A stretch of DNA of 64,000 nucleotides from Candidatus Krumholzibacteriia bacterium (GCA_963836185.1 CAWIIQ010000001.1:1856001-1920000), one strand, 5' to 3'; numbered from the stretch's first letter, positions 19,884 through 30,520 are shown. The notes: a model not told the origin generated them from the sequence alone. Program-made: numbers and translations.

Positions 19884-21674
19884 ATGTGGAAGCTTAGAGA
19901 TATAATTTCCCCCTTTTACGCGTGGAAGCGAGCGTTCGAGAAACCGTACACGATCAAGAAACCCATGGTCGAACGTGACGGGCCTCCGCTCTATCGCGGG
20001 TTCCATACGAACGATCTCGGCAAATGCATCGGCTGCGGTTCGTGCGAGGAGATCTGCCAGAACGCGGCCATAGACATGAATCGTGTCGAAGGTATAGAGC
20101 CGGCTCTCGGCGACAGCGGCCTGCGTCCCGCAATAGATTACGGCCGCTGCTGCTGGTGCGCCCTCTGCGTAGATATCTGTCCGACCACTTCTCTCGCGAT
20201 GTCGAACCAGTATAACTGGATCTCGGACGACGGTGAAGACTGGGTCTTCACTCCGGGTGTCGACGACGGCGGATGGAACGAAGACAAGCTCGGCTACAAG
20301 AGGGACGAATGCGCATGGCTCCTCGACCCGGCAGAACAGAAGATGCCTGTCATCGATCCCGATGAACGAAAAATGCATTTTGACGAGATGGCCCTCGGTT
20401 ATGGCGACAGTGAGGCCATGGACGAGGCGATAAGGTGTCTCGACTGCGGCCTCTGCGTCGAAGCCTGCCCAACGCACATGGATGTCCCCGCGTATATCAG
20501 ATCTATCCGGGACGGCGACCTCAATGAGGGGCTCCGGCTCCTCTACGACACGAATCCCTTCTCGGAGAGCTGCGGCCGCGTATGCACGGCGAAGTGTCAG
20601 GACGCATGCGCCCTCGGTCACCTCGGTGAGCCGATAATGATCAGGTGGCTCAAGAGGTATATCACCGACAACACCCTCGACCGCAGAAACACGGTCCTCG
20701 GTATCGACAACCACGCTCCCCGTACGGGAAAGAAGATCGCCGTCGTCGGCGGCGGCCCCTCCGGCCTGACCGCGGCCTTCTACCTCGAGCGATTCGGTCA
20801 CGACGTGACCGTGTTCGAGCGTTCCGAAAAACCGGGCGGGATGCTCAGGACCGGGATACCCGACTACCGTCTCCCGGCCGGCGTCCTCGCGAGAGAGATC
20901 GATGTGATACTCGATTCGGGCGTAGAGCTTCGGACAGGCGTCGATATAGGCGGCGAAGTGACTGTATCGAAGTTAAGAGAAGAATATGATTCGGTATACA
21001 TCTCCGTCGGCGCGCAGGAAGGATCGAGTATGCCTATTGAGGGCATCGACCTGCCGCGCGTACTGATCGGTGTCGATCTTCTCGCCCGTATCGCGGCTGG
21101 TGAACGTCCCTCCCTCGGCGACAAGGTCGCCGTGATAGGTGGCGGGAACACTGCTATGGATGTCTGCCGCTCCGCCGTACGGCTCGGAGCCGCGAAGGTC
21201 AACGTCCTCTACCGCAGGACCGAGAAAGAGATGCCGGCAGACGCGCTGGAGATCGAGGAGGCGAAAGAGGAAGGCGTCGAATTCGAGTTCCTCGTCTCCC
21301 CCGTTCGCATCACTGAAAAAGGCGGGAAACTCGACGTCGAATGCCAGAGGATGGAACTGGGCGAACCTGACGACAGTGGCAGGCGCAGGCCGGTCCCTGT
21401 CGAGGGCTCCGAGTTCACCGTCCCGGTCGATACCTGCGTGATGGCCGTCGGCCAGCAGGTCGAGGGCTCCTTCGCTACGGCGGCCGGCGTAAAGATCACG
21501 CGTTGGAACACGTTCGATGTTGACGGCGACACGCTTGTCACTGACATCGAGGGCGTATTCGCCGGAGGAGACTGCGAGACCGGACCGGACGACGCTATAA
21601 GGGCAATCGCGTCGGGGAAGAAAGCCGCCTGGTTTATCAACGAATATCTCGGGAGGAAAACCGATGGACGATAA
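19884..21674 (+). CDS. NuoI/MbxN 2x[4Fe-4S] domain fused to a GltD/NfnL(SudA)-type FAD/NADPH oxidoreductase
   Basis: YRGFH, CIGCGSCEEIC and CCWCALCVDICP; then CLDCGLCVEACP, CGRVC, VGGGPSG, GIPDYRLP, IGGGNTAMD, YRR and FAGGD. Confidence 0.9.
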   Translation: MWKLRDIISPFYAWKRAFEKPYTIKKPMVERDGPPLYRGFHTNDLGKCIGCGSCEEICQNAAIDMNRVEGIEPALGDSGLRPAIDYGRCCWCALCVDICPTTSLAMSNQYNWISDDGEDWVFTPGVDDGGWNEDKLGYKRDECAWLLDPAEQKMPVIDPDERKMHFDEMALGYGDSEAMDEAIRCLDCGLCVEACPTHMDVPAYIRSIRDGDLNEGLRLLYDTNPFSESCGRVCTAKCQDACALGHLGEPIMIRWLKRYITDNTLDRRNTVLGIDNHAPRTGKKIAVVGGGPSGLTAAFYLERFGHDVTVFERSEKPGGMLRTGIPDYRLPAGVLAREIDVILDSGVELRTGVDIGGEVTVSKLREEYDSVYISVGAQEGSSMPIEGIDLPRVLIGVDLLARIAAGERPSLGDKVAVIGGGNTAMDVCRSAVRLGAAKVNVLYRRTEKEMPADALEIEEAKEEGVEFEFLVSPVRITEKGGKLDVECQRMELGEPDDSGRRRPVPVEGSEFTVPVDTCVMAVGQQVEGSFATAAGVKITRWNTFDVDGDTLVTDIEGVFAGGDCETGPDDAIRAIASGKKAAWFINEYLGRKTDGR

Positions 21675-22137
21675 GGGAAAAGTCAGATCATTCGCCTCTG
21701 TCGACGAGATCCTCGAGTTCGCGGTCGCCATGGAAGACGCATCGTGGAAATTCTATACCGACTGGGCGGAAAAAGCCGACAACGAAGCGATATCGACTGT
21801 CTTCAGGGAATTCGCCGGCGAAGAGCTGAAGCACAGGAAACTGATAGAAGATGTACGTGCAGGAGAAAAGGAACTGAAGGCGCGCCACGGCGTCGCCGAT
21901 CTGAAGCTGGCCGATCATTACGTGAAACCGGAGCCGTCTTCCGCTATGTCGTACCAGGATGCGCTGCTCGTCGCCATAGACCGTGAAGTAGCAGCCGTCG
22001 AGCTTTACGCACATCTCACAACGGTCTGTGTCGAAGAGTCACTCTGCACGGTATTTGACGCTCTCGCCGACGAGGAAAAGAAGCACAAGCTGAAGCTCGA
22101 GACGATTTACGACGACAACTTCATGAGAGAAGACTAG
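21664..22137 (+). CDS. rubrerythrin/ferritin-like diiron protein
   Basis: Two repeats of E..FY/LY..EExxH (EELKH, EEKKH); overlaps the preceding gene. Confidence 0.85.
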   Translation: MDDKGKVRSFASVDEILEFAVAMEDASWKFYTDWAEKADNEAISTVFREFAGEELKHRKLIEDVRAGEKELKARHGVADLKLADHYVKPEPSSAMSYQDALLVAIDREVAAVELYAHLTTVCVEESLCTVFDALADEEKKHKLKLETIYDDNFMRED

Positions 22138-22143
22138 ACCCCT

Positions 22144-22948
22144 TCACAGTGCTGTCGCGAGCCTAACCTTCATCCAGGCCTCGATCTCTTCCTCCATAGT
22201 TTCACGCATACCGCCGCCGGGCCTGCCCCCACTCATTCCACCCATGCCTCCCATTCGGCCGCCGCCAGGAGGCCTCTGGCCCTGCATCTGCTCGCGCATC
22301 TCGTCCACGTCGATCTTTCCCATCTCGAGTCCGAGTCCGGCCAGGCCGCCTTCAGCCATGCCATCGGGGAAAGGAAGCCCCTCTCCTCCCGTCAGGGGGA
22401 CCTTCAGCTCGTAGACGAGTATCCTGTCGTCGAGATCGAGCACAGCTTCGATGCCCAGTTCTTTTCCGTCCTCGACGAACATCCAGCTTCCATCATGGTC
22501 TTTCGTTCTGCCGACGATCATCTCGCTTCTCGATCTTACAAGCAGTTCCTCTATGGCCTTCGCCCTGTCTGCGGCAGCTGTCTCGCGCAATTCGTTCGCA
22601 GCTCCTCCGGGGCTCTTCGTCATCGGAAAGTCGATTCCGTACGTCCTTTTATCGCCGCCCTTCGCGTCGAACCATACGGTCAGCCCGCGGACGAGGATCT
22701 GCTGCTGCGTCCTTGCGTTCCAGGTAGTCAGGCACATATAGAGGTAATCCCCATCGTTGAATACCGCGAACCTGACACCCTTGTCATCGTCACTGTACTG
22801 TTCGGTGCCGCGCCACTCGGAAGCGTCGCCGTCTATTGTGATCTCCCGGTCGCGCCATCGGCTTTCGAATTTCCTCCCCACCACATCCTGGCAGGAAAAA
22901 AGAAACGGCAAACAGGATGGCGGCCGGGACAAAGGTCGTTCGAGACAT
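22144..22948 (-). CDS. secreted lipoprotein with CBM9/DOMON-like region (apparent +1 frameshift ~22877)
   Basis: MSRTTFVPAAILFAVSFFLPG|C joins GGRKFESRW if one G of GGGG is removed; ITIDGDASEW; Gly/Met-rich C-terminal stretch. Confidence 0.65.
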
Positions 22949-23053
22949 GAAGGTATCCTCCTCAAGCAGTACGGGGTACAGGTGTGGCTCATGGTAATAC
23001 TGTCGGCGGTGATCCCGCAACGGTTACAAAAGAGGATGGCGTGTTCGAGAACG

Positions 23054-24794
23054 TCAGTTTACGCCGGGATTCGGCTTTCCCATGCCTTCCCTTACGACGA
23101 TGCTGCTCTCGGCCGGATCCGCTTCCTTGATCCCTCCATAAGGATTGAGGGCAGCCCGGCCCTCTGTGACCGTCAGAGAACGGCCCGAAGTGAGAACGAT
23201 GGGGATATCTTCCGCATGACGGCCCGGCGCGGGGTAAATAAGGGCCGCCGATGCCTGGTCGTCAGGTTCGAAACAGACATCGAAGAGATCATCATCCTGC
23301 CACTGGTTCTTACTGGCGACATCTTCCAGTTGATTGGCGCACTCGTACAAGACGACAGCGAAGTCATAGCATTCGCGGGCGAGGCCGCTAATTTCCATGG
23401 AGAAAGTGTCGGCTGTCGAGGTTCCGTGTATCCACTGACACTCGGTCTCACCGTACTTCATCCAGACCTCCGTGCCGTTGACAAGATAGAATATCTTGCT
23501 CATGACATCGCGCGCTCGTGCCCTCATCGACATTCGGGTCCCATACAAGCGTATAGCTCTCGTGATATCCGTCGTTGTCAGCATCTACGCCTCCCGTCCA
23601 CCATACGTCCCTTATAATGAAACCGGTCGGATCCGGAGGAGGCTCGTATTCATCGAAGCACTGGTCCGCAAGGTCAGGATCGTCCTCGTTGCTGCGCTCG
23701 GCGGCCTTGCCGTGCCCGTTGCACTCATAGAGGTCTATTATGAACTCGTACCTTCCGGGCTCGAGCCCCTGGATACTCAGGAAGTACGCGTCGTCACGGC
23801 TCTTACCCGTGATGTCATAGCATTCGGTGGAATGGTAGTAGGTCCAGCCGTACTCTCCGACGAGCCTGTAATAGACATGCCCCTGGACCGATCTCGTGAG
23901 GCCCTCGTCCACGTCCGCATCCCACGCGAGCAGGCCGCTGTCCCTGCATCCATCCCCGTCCGCATCCTTTTCATCGGCCCACCAGGCGTCGTATATCGAA
24001 TAGGTAACGAGCGACTCGAGGCAGATGTTGTCGAGGTCGCTGTCGTCTTCGTTGTCGCGTGTTGCTACAGGATCGGATCCTCCGCACTGGTAGAGTATGA
24101 TCGAGAATTCGTAATCACCGCGCGGCAGGTTATCGACTGTGACAAAATAGGTGTCGTCGGTCTGCTCTCCAGTTATCGTCCAGCATGCGGTCGTGTAGTA
24201 ATATGTCCACTCAGAGGTGCACTCCGGCCTGTAGAATACCTGCGCACTTACCTGACGCGTCGAACCGTCGAGGACGTCGGCATCCCATGTCAGCCTCCCG
24301 CTCTCGATGCATCCGTTCGAGTCAGCATCGGCCGTATCGCTCCACCACGCGTCCTTAATCAGAAATATGTCGCTTAGAGATACGACCGAATAGGTGACCG
24401 TGATCTTCCCGGGATCATTGTCCGCGTCATCGGACTGTATATATATCTCCCCCGTGTGAGTGCCTTTGTCGAGGGAAGAGCTGTTCACTGATATGCGCAG
24501 TGTATCTGTATCTCCACAGCTTCCCGTGAATCCGGAGTCAGGACGGCACTCGAGCCATGCGTCGCTGCTTGACGCCTTCCATCCGAGGCATGAACTGCCC
24601 GAGTTGAAGAGGAATACCTCCTCCGGGGCCGGGAGCTGGCCGTACTGGACCGCGCTGAAACTCAGGCTGCCCGGATGTAGTTCGATATGAGCATATCTCG
24701 TCTCGGGAGTCACACTGCAGCATTCGTTGTCACAGCCGTTGATGAACGCCGCAAAGACGCAGGCGCAGATAAGTATGATCAGTCTTCTGTACAT
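23054..24794 (-). CDS. lipoprotein with a BACON-like Ig domain and three ~120-aa DxDxDG repeats (apparent +1 frameshift ~23512)
   Basis: INGC lipobox; WKASSSDAWL (BACON-like); three repeats of IxDxWW..DADxxG..SxxLxWDxxV..FY..YEF..LYEC. The third repeat continues in ORF 23054..23584. Confidence 0.7.
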
Positions 24795-24935
24795 CGGAAC
24801 ACCCCCGAAAAACTCATTCAGAACGGATATTAACTTCCAGTATCTTACAAGGTAATTTTATCAAAATATTACTACTATGTCAATTACAGCATCGGGTAAC
24901 GCCCTGCTGCCGCACTTTAAAAGTGAAGCTCTCGC

Positions 24936-24965
24936 TTGCCGTAACGGATGAAGAGGCAGTATAAT
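24936..24965 (+). promoter_or_regulatory. putative sigma70 promoter for the DUF3467 gene
   Basis: TTGCCG-N18-TATAAT, 40 nt upstream of ATG 25005. Confidence 0.45.
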
Positions 24966-25004
24966 GCACTGGTGTATCGCTGAAAAATCAATGAAAGGAT
25001 CACG

Positions 25005-25328
25005 ATGCAGAAACAGCCACAGCAGCAGCAGATCCAGGTAGAACTGGACGAGACCGCCGCCGAAGGGATCTATTCGAACTTCGTTCTGACGGGAAACACT
25101 GCGGCGGAATTCATCCTCGATTTCGCCAGGATGCTCCCCGGCCTCAAGAAGGCCAAGGTCTTCTCGAGGATAATCATGACGCCCCAGTCGGCTAAATCAC
25201 TGCAGGCCGTCCTTTCAAGGACGATCGAACAGTATGAGAAGAACTTTGGCGAAATCAAGGTCCAGGGAGGCAAGGACCCTTCACAGATAGGATTTCAGGC
25301 TAATCAGGCTGAAGCCGAAACGAAGTAG
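25005..25328 (+). CDS. DUF3467 family protein
   Basis: GIYSN, EFILDF, SRIIMTPQSAK and YEKNFGEI. Confidence 0.85.
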   Translation: MQKQPQQQQIQVELDETAAEGIYSNFVLTGNTAAEFILDFARMLPGLKKAKVFSRIIMTPQSAKSLQAVLSRTIEQYEKNFGEIKVQGGKDPSQIGFQANQAEAETK

Positions 25329-25336
25329 CGGGATCA

Positions 25337-26240
25337 TCAGGAAGGTTTTGTCTTCCATCTCCGGTGCGGCCCAGAAATAATGGTCGGGGTTCTTTCTGAT
25401 CGCATTCTCAAGTTCCTTCGTAAAGGCGGCTGTGAGGCGATGTATCTCTTCCTGTGCGTCCGCGCCGGGTACGGCATGCATCGCCGGCAGGAACCACGCG
25501 TCGTGGGTCTCGTCCCCTCGCCTTATTATGCAGCAGAAGATCATCGGGCATCCTGTCTTCTGGACGAACTGAGCCGCGCCGGGGTATGTCGATGAGGGAA
25601 TACCGAAAAAATCTACGAATATCCCCGCGCTTCTCGCGTCCTGATCTGAAAGGATCGCTATGGAGCGGTTCTTTTTCAGAGAGCTGAACACACCGCGGAC
25701 CGCGATCCCCTTAGGTATCACTTCTATCCCCGTCGAACTCCGCAGCCCGTTTATGTAATCATCGACAAGGCTGTTCGTCTGTTCCCCGACGATGAAATCT
25801 ACAGGGAGGCCCTGAGCGACTCCGGAAGCGCCGAGCAGTTCCCAGCTCCCGAAATGCCCGGTCACGACGATCACTCCCTTCCCCTCAGCGAACGCCGCGT
25901 CCATGTTCTCCCTGCCGTGGATCCTTACCAGGCTGCGCAATTTCTCCGTGCTGAGCCTGCGCAGAGAGGCGAGTTCGACCATCGACTTTGTGAAATTGAC
26001 GTAGGAGCGCCTGCCAGTACGCACCCTCTCGGCATGAGTCATTCCGTCTCCGAAAGCCCTTTCCAGATTCTCCAGGGTCACACGGCGACGGACCCTGACA
26101 ACGTCGAAGGCGAAGGCGCCGACGCGGCCGCCGACCTTGATAGACCACTTGTAGGGAAGAAGCAGTGGCAGAGAGCTGAGCAACTTTACTCCCAGGAGCT
26201 CCAGCCTGTGCTTTACAGATTTCCATCCCTGCGAAGACAT
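25337..26240 (-). CDS. lpxL: lipid A lauroyl/late acyltransferase (apparent +1 frameshift ~25365)
   Basis: GHFGSWEL, LSDQD and VDFFG. Removing one base restores the conserved WxHRRWKT end and a stop at 25337. Confidence 0.85.
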
Positions 26241-27371
26241 CTATGACCACTTCCTGGCGAGCCAGCTCAGATTTATCTCGACCGCGTTCTCCGGGCACAG
26301 CTCATGGCAGCACATGCACTGTACGCACTCATCGTGCACCACCCGGAATTTCTTCTCATCCGGCACGATCGTCTTGACCGGACAGCTCCTGAAGCACATT
26401 CCGCATCCGGTGCACTTCTCCGTGTCGATGACGAGTTTCAGCCAGACCAGGGGCGCCACCATCTTGGCGAGCGGCCCGGGTATGAGCCTCATGCCCAGAT
26501 TGGATGGAAGATCGAAATCCTCGATGACTGTTCCGGCGGCGTCACCGGCGACTTCTATCCTCTCGCGCTCGCTCACACCGAGCCCGCGTTCACCGGCCAG
26601 CCTTGTCGTATCGATCTTCCCGGGTTTGAACCCGATCACCTCCGATATCACGGCGTCCATCGCGACCGCATCATCAGAGACGGCTATCAATCCGGTCTCT
26701 TTCGGCACTCCCGAGCTTGGACCGTTCCCTTCCATCGCGAGCACGGCGTCCATGATGTTCAGCGACGGCCTTACATGGCTGTACAGTTCGACCAGCATCG
26801 CCGCGAATTCAGAAGGTTTCGGGAAGATCTTGTGCATCTCCGCTTTCCTGAATCCCGGCACGACTCCGAACATGTTCTTGACCGCCCCGGTAAGAAGGGT
26901 AAGCGAATGTGTCTTGAGTTTCGGGAGGTTGATGACAACATCCGCATCGAGAACCGGCCTTGCGATATACAGCTTGTATTTCCCGGTATCGATCTCCTGC
27001 GAGCTGGAAGCCTCGAAATTCACAAGCTCAAGCCCGGCCCTTTCGGCCATCTCCCTCATCAGGGTGTTTTCCCAAACCCTCTCGATCCCGCGGATGGCGC
27101 CTCCGGGGCTGTCACCGACAAACGGCTCCCCTCCAGCTTCCCTTACGAGAGCGGCTACAGTCTCCACGATATGAGGATGCGTCGTTATTGCCCGGGAAGG
27201 ATCCTTTGCTGACAGCAGATTCGGTTTGAGGAGCACGCGGTCGCCGCGTGATACGAATGCGGCCATCCCTCCGAATGGAGCGAGCCCCGTCGAGATGACG
27301 CTGCGCAGCGTATCGATATCGTATGCTGCGCACCGGTTGAGGGATACGATGGTTCTGCCTGCGCGTTCCAT
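26241..27371 (-). CDS. DUF362 domain protein with C-terminal 2x[4Fe-4S]
   Basis: VLLKPNLL, TTHP, NLPKLKTH, MEGNGP; CTGCGMCFRSCP and CVQCMCCHELCP. Confidence 0.9.
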   Translation of the reverse strand: MERAGRTIVSLNRCAAYDIDTLRSVISTGLAPFGGMAAFVSRGDRVLLKPNLLSAKDPSRAITTHPHIVETVAALVREAGGEPFVGDSPGGAIRGIERVWENTLMREMAERAGLELVNFEASSSQEIDTGKYKLYIARPVLDADVVINLPKLKTHSLTLLTGAVKNMFGVVPGFRKAEMHKIFPKPSEFAAMLVELYSHVRPSLNIMDAVLAMEGNGPSSGVPKETGLIAVSDDAVAMDAVISEVIGFKPGKIDTTRLAGERGLGVSERERIEVAGDAAGTVIEDFDLPSNLGMRLIPGPLAKMVAPLVWLKLVIDTEKCTGCGMCFRSCPVKTIVPDEKKFRVVHDECVQCMCCHELCPENAVEINLSWLARKWS

Positions 27372-27394
27372 ATGACGGGATTCCGGGAAGTACC

Positions 27395-28552
27395 CTAGAA
27401 ATTACCTGCCGCGTGGTCTTTCCACGACCCGGCCAGCGCGTATGTGCCGCCGCCGCAAGATTCGATCATCCCGCGCATCTCCAGATCGAGGAGAAGCGGC
27501 AGGATAACGGTCGAAGAAATATGGCAGATTTGCGCAAGCTCATCAATATGTTTCGGGGCGAGGTCGAGAGCCATGACGACCTTCTTCTCGTCCCCTTCCA
27601 GGGCCCCCTTTCCCGGATCCAGCCCGGCGTAGTGATGGAATCCCCTGGGTTCTTCCACTACACATCCGCAGGGCGGCAGGGCTGACAGGATATCATCGAC
27701 GTCTTCGACGAGGCAGGCGCCCTCCTTTATTAGGCGGTGCGGTCCCCGGCAGGTCTCCTGTTCAACGGGACCGGGGACGGCAAATACTTCCCTCCCCTGA
27801 TCGGCGGCCCATCTCGCTGTTATCATCGCCCCGCTCGCGAGTTTCGCCTCGACTACCACTACTCCGAACGACATCCCGCTCAGTATCCTGTTGCGCATCG
27901 GAAAGTGATGCTTCATCGGAGGCGTTCCCGGAGGAAACTCGGAGAGTACGCAGCCGTGCCTTGCGATCTCCATCGCCAGCGGCGCGTTCTCGGGAGGATA
28001 CGCTATATCGATCCCGCATCCGAGTACGGCACAGGTGGACCCTCCACCCGCGAGAGCGCCGTCATGTACCACAGTGTCGATACCTCTCGCCATCCCGCTA
28101 ACCACAAGAAATCCGCGCCTCGACAGTTCCCATGCCAGCTCGCGCGCTACGACCAGCCCGCGGCGGCTGGAACGACGAGAGCCGACGATACAGATCGCCG
28201 GCCCGGAGGTCGTCTCGATATTCCCCCTGTAAAATAGCACAGGAGGGGCCTCGGCTGTCTCGGCCAGCATATCGGGATAGCCCGGATCGGAGATGCACAG
28301 GACCCCGTGATCCTCGTCCTCAAGAAAGCGTTCTATCTGCCTCAGCATGGAGAGATCAGGTTCACCGACATCCTTGCGGATGAGCCGGGACAGTTCCCTA
28401 CGTCCTGACCTGCTGGAGATCATCGAGGCCACACGCACGGTCCCCAGCCTCGCGCACAAAGAGAGCCATGATGTGATCTTGATTCCTCTGACAGAAAGTA
28501 TCTCGAGCCAGTGGCGGGCTTCATCTGAACACTTCATCATCATCCTCCTCAT
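27395..28552 (-). CDS. dprA: DNA-processing protein DprA
   Basis: IVGSR, VSGMARGID, FPMRNRILSG, SGAMITA, GREVFAVPG; C-terminal winged helix. Confidence 0.93.
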   Translation of the reverse strand: MRRMMMKCSDEARHWLEILSVRGIKITSWLSLCARLGTVRVASMISSRSGRRELSRLIRKDVGEPDLSMLRQIERFLEDEDHGVLCISDPGYPDMLAETAEAPPVLFYRGNIETTSGPAICIVGSRRSSRRGLVVARELAWELSRRGFLVVSGMARGIDTVVHDGALAGGGSTCAVLGCGIDIAYPPENAPLAMEIARHGCVLSEFPPGTPPMKHHFPMRNRILSGMSFGVVVVEAKLASGAMITARWAADQGREVFAVPGPVEQETCRGPHRLIKEGACLVEDVDDILSALPPCGCVVEEPRGFHHYAGLDPGKGALEGDEKKVVMALDLAPKHIDELAQICHISSTVILPLLLDLEMRGMIESCGGGTYALAGSWKDHAAGNF

Positions 28553-28838
28553 CAGACGCCGGGAGTCCGGGTAGCGTCTATATCCCTATATACGGATCTG
28601 CTCCCTTTTTGTGCCGGGATTTCTGAAATTCCCCGGGCACCTCGCGATCGATCGCGGGGTCAGGGAGAGGTATCACTGGCAGGAACGGTCGTGTGGCTTT
28701 CCTGAGCCTGAGGATCGGGGACCGCATCCTCCTGACCCCACCATGAGGTTACGGCCCCGGTCCCGGCCCTGGCAGCGGAGACCGGGCCCCTGCCCGGTTT
28801 CCGCTTCGGGGATCCCGTCGGATCCCCGGAGGGGGATC

Positions 28839-30519
28839 CTAGATCCCCTTTGTCGCGACGTCTTCTTTCTCGAGTTCGTCGATCTTGGCGAGCATCTTCT
28901 TCCCGTTCTCGTTCTCGGGATTCATGGCGATCGACTTCTCGTAGTACTTCCGGGACTTTTCGTATTTCCCGGCCACGAGCAGCGCCTCGCCCATGCTGTC
29001 ATATGTATTCCACGATTCGGGATACATATTGATGGTCGTCTTGAAGACGAATATCGACTCGTCGACATGCTCGTTGAAGAGGAAGACGTAACCAAGCGTG
29101 TTGAATTCGGCTTCCTTGAAATAGATGTCCTTGTCGCCGCTCGCCTCGAGCGTCTTCAGTTTCTTCAGGACATCATTCGCGTAGTCCTTGCCCTTTTTCT
29201 TGAGAGCATTCGCGAAGTAGACGGCTGCGGAGCTCTCTCCGCTGTTCTCCACGATCTTCTTCCATGATATCTCGGTCTTTTCCTTCGGCGACATCTTGGA
29301 ATATTCTTCCTTCATCTTTTTCTTCTTGAGCTGCTGCTCCTTGAGCTCCTGATCCGTCATCTCCTTCTTCTGTGTCTGCTTTTCCTGCTCCTGTTTCAGC
29401 TGCTCTTCAGTCTTCTCCTGTTTCTCCTGGGCCTGGGTCTGTCTCCCAGATACCGGAGAGGGAAAGAGGAAGGATCAGCGTGAATACCAGTATGACGGCT
29501 ATCGTCGCCGCCCTGCGGCTCCCGGTGCTGCGGTTGATCGAAGGATTGAGGATGCACAGAAGCCTGTCCTTGAGATTAGATCCCTGAGAAATCGTAACCA
29601 CCTCCCATGCCGGCCTCGCCGCGCTGCCAAGATCGGCGGCGATATCCATCAGCAGCGACGCGTATTCCGAAGGACGCGCGCCGCTGTTGAGTACGGCATT
29701 GTCGCAGTCGCGTTCGCGCTCTATACGGAGCTGCTTTACGGCGACCCATACCAGTGGATTGAACCAGTGGATCGTCGTGGCGACATGCGCAAATAGTTCG
29801 ATCCAGCCGTCGCGTCTCATCACGTGCGCGAGCTCATGAGAGAGGACGAGCCGGACCCGTTCGTTGGACCAGGCGGCCGCGCATGAAGGAAGGATGACTA
29901 CAGGCTTGATCACTCCGGTAGTGATAGCCGTTCTGAGCCGGTCGGAAAGGAGGAGCCGGACGTCACGGTGCAGGCCCATGTTCGATGAGATCCTATCGGA
30001 CTCCTCGAGCAGATAACCTTCCGCAAAGACGGCGCTGTGTTCGACCCTCCTTATCACGATCTGCGTGAAGAGGAACCATATCGTCATAACCAGTGCTCCG
30101 AAGGCCCACACTATCAGCAGGGCCTCGGACCAGTGGATGCTTCCCAGGTCGAATCCCGATGCCGCTCCGGGCACGGAAGACGTCGTACGGCCGGGCTGGA
30201 CCGGGCCGATTGTCATCTCCTTGCCGGATTCGGTTCCGGGATTAGCGTAGGAATAGGCGCCCGAAGGCTCACCTATCCCCGGGATTATCGAAAGGTTCCA
30301 TACCGGCGAGAACGCCGCCATGACAGGCATGAGTATCAGACCCGCCAGGGCAGCGACCCATATCATCTTCCTCGCATACGCCGAAAAACCGCGCATGAGA
30401 AGGGTAGCTATTCCCGCTATTCCGCAGACTAGGCCGACCTTGAGAGAAATCCCTGCGAAGACCTCGAGGAATCCGTACCGCGGAGTGCCGGAGATCAGGT
30501 CCATGAAGAAGTTTTCCAT
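28839..30519 (-). CDS. BlaR1/MecR1-type M56 peptidase sensor with Q/E/K-rich linker and C-terminal TPR domain (apparent +1 frameshift ~29440)
   Basis: HELAH, HWFNPLVW, ERERDCD and YASLL. The frame of the TPR ORF stays open upstream of 29360 as TQAQEKQEKTEEQLKQ, joining the two ORFs; the TPR has NTLGY..YPESWNTYDSMGEA. Confidence 0.8.
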
Positions 30520-30520
30520 G

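Noticed and set aside
19884-21674. Glutamate synthase small subunit (gltD)
   Set aside because: There is no gltB nearby, and the domain is fused to a NuoI-like module within a respiratory operon.
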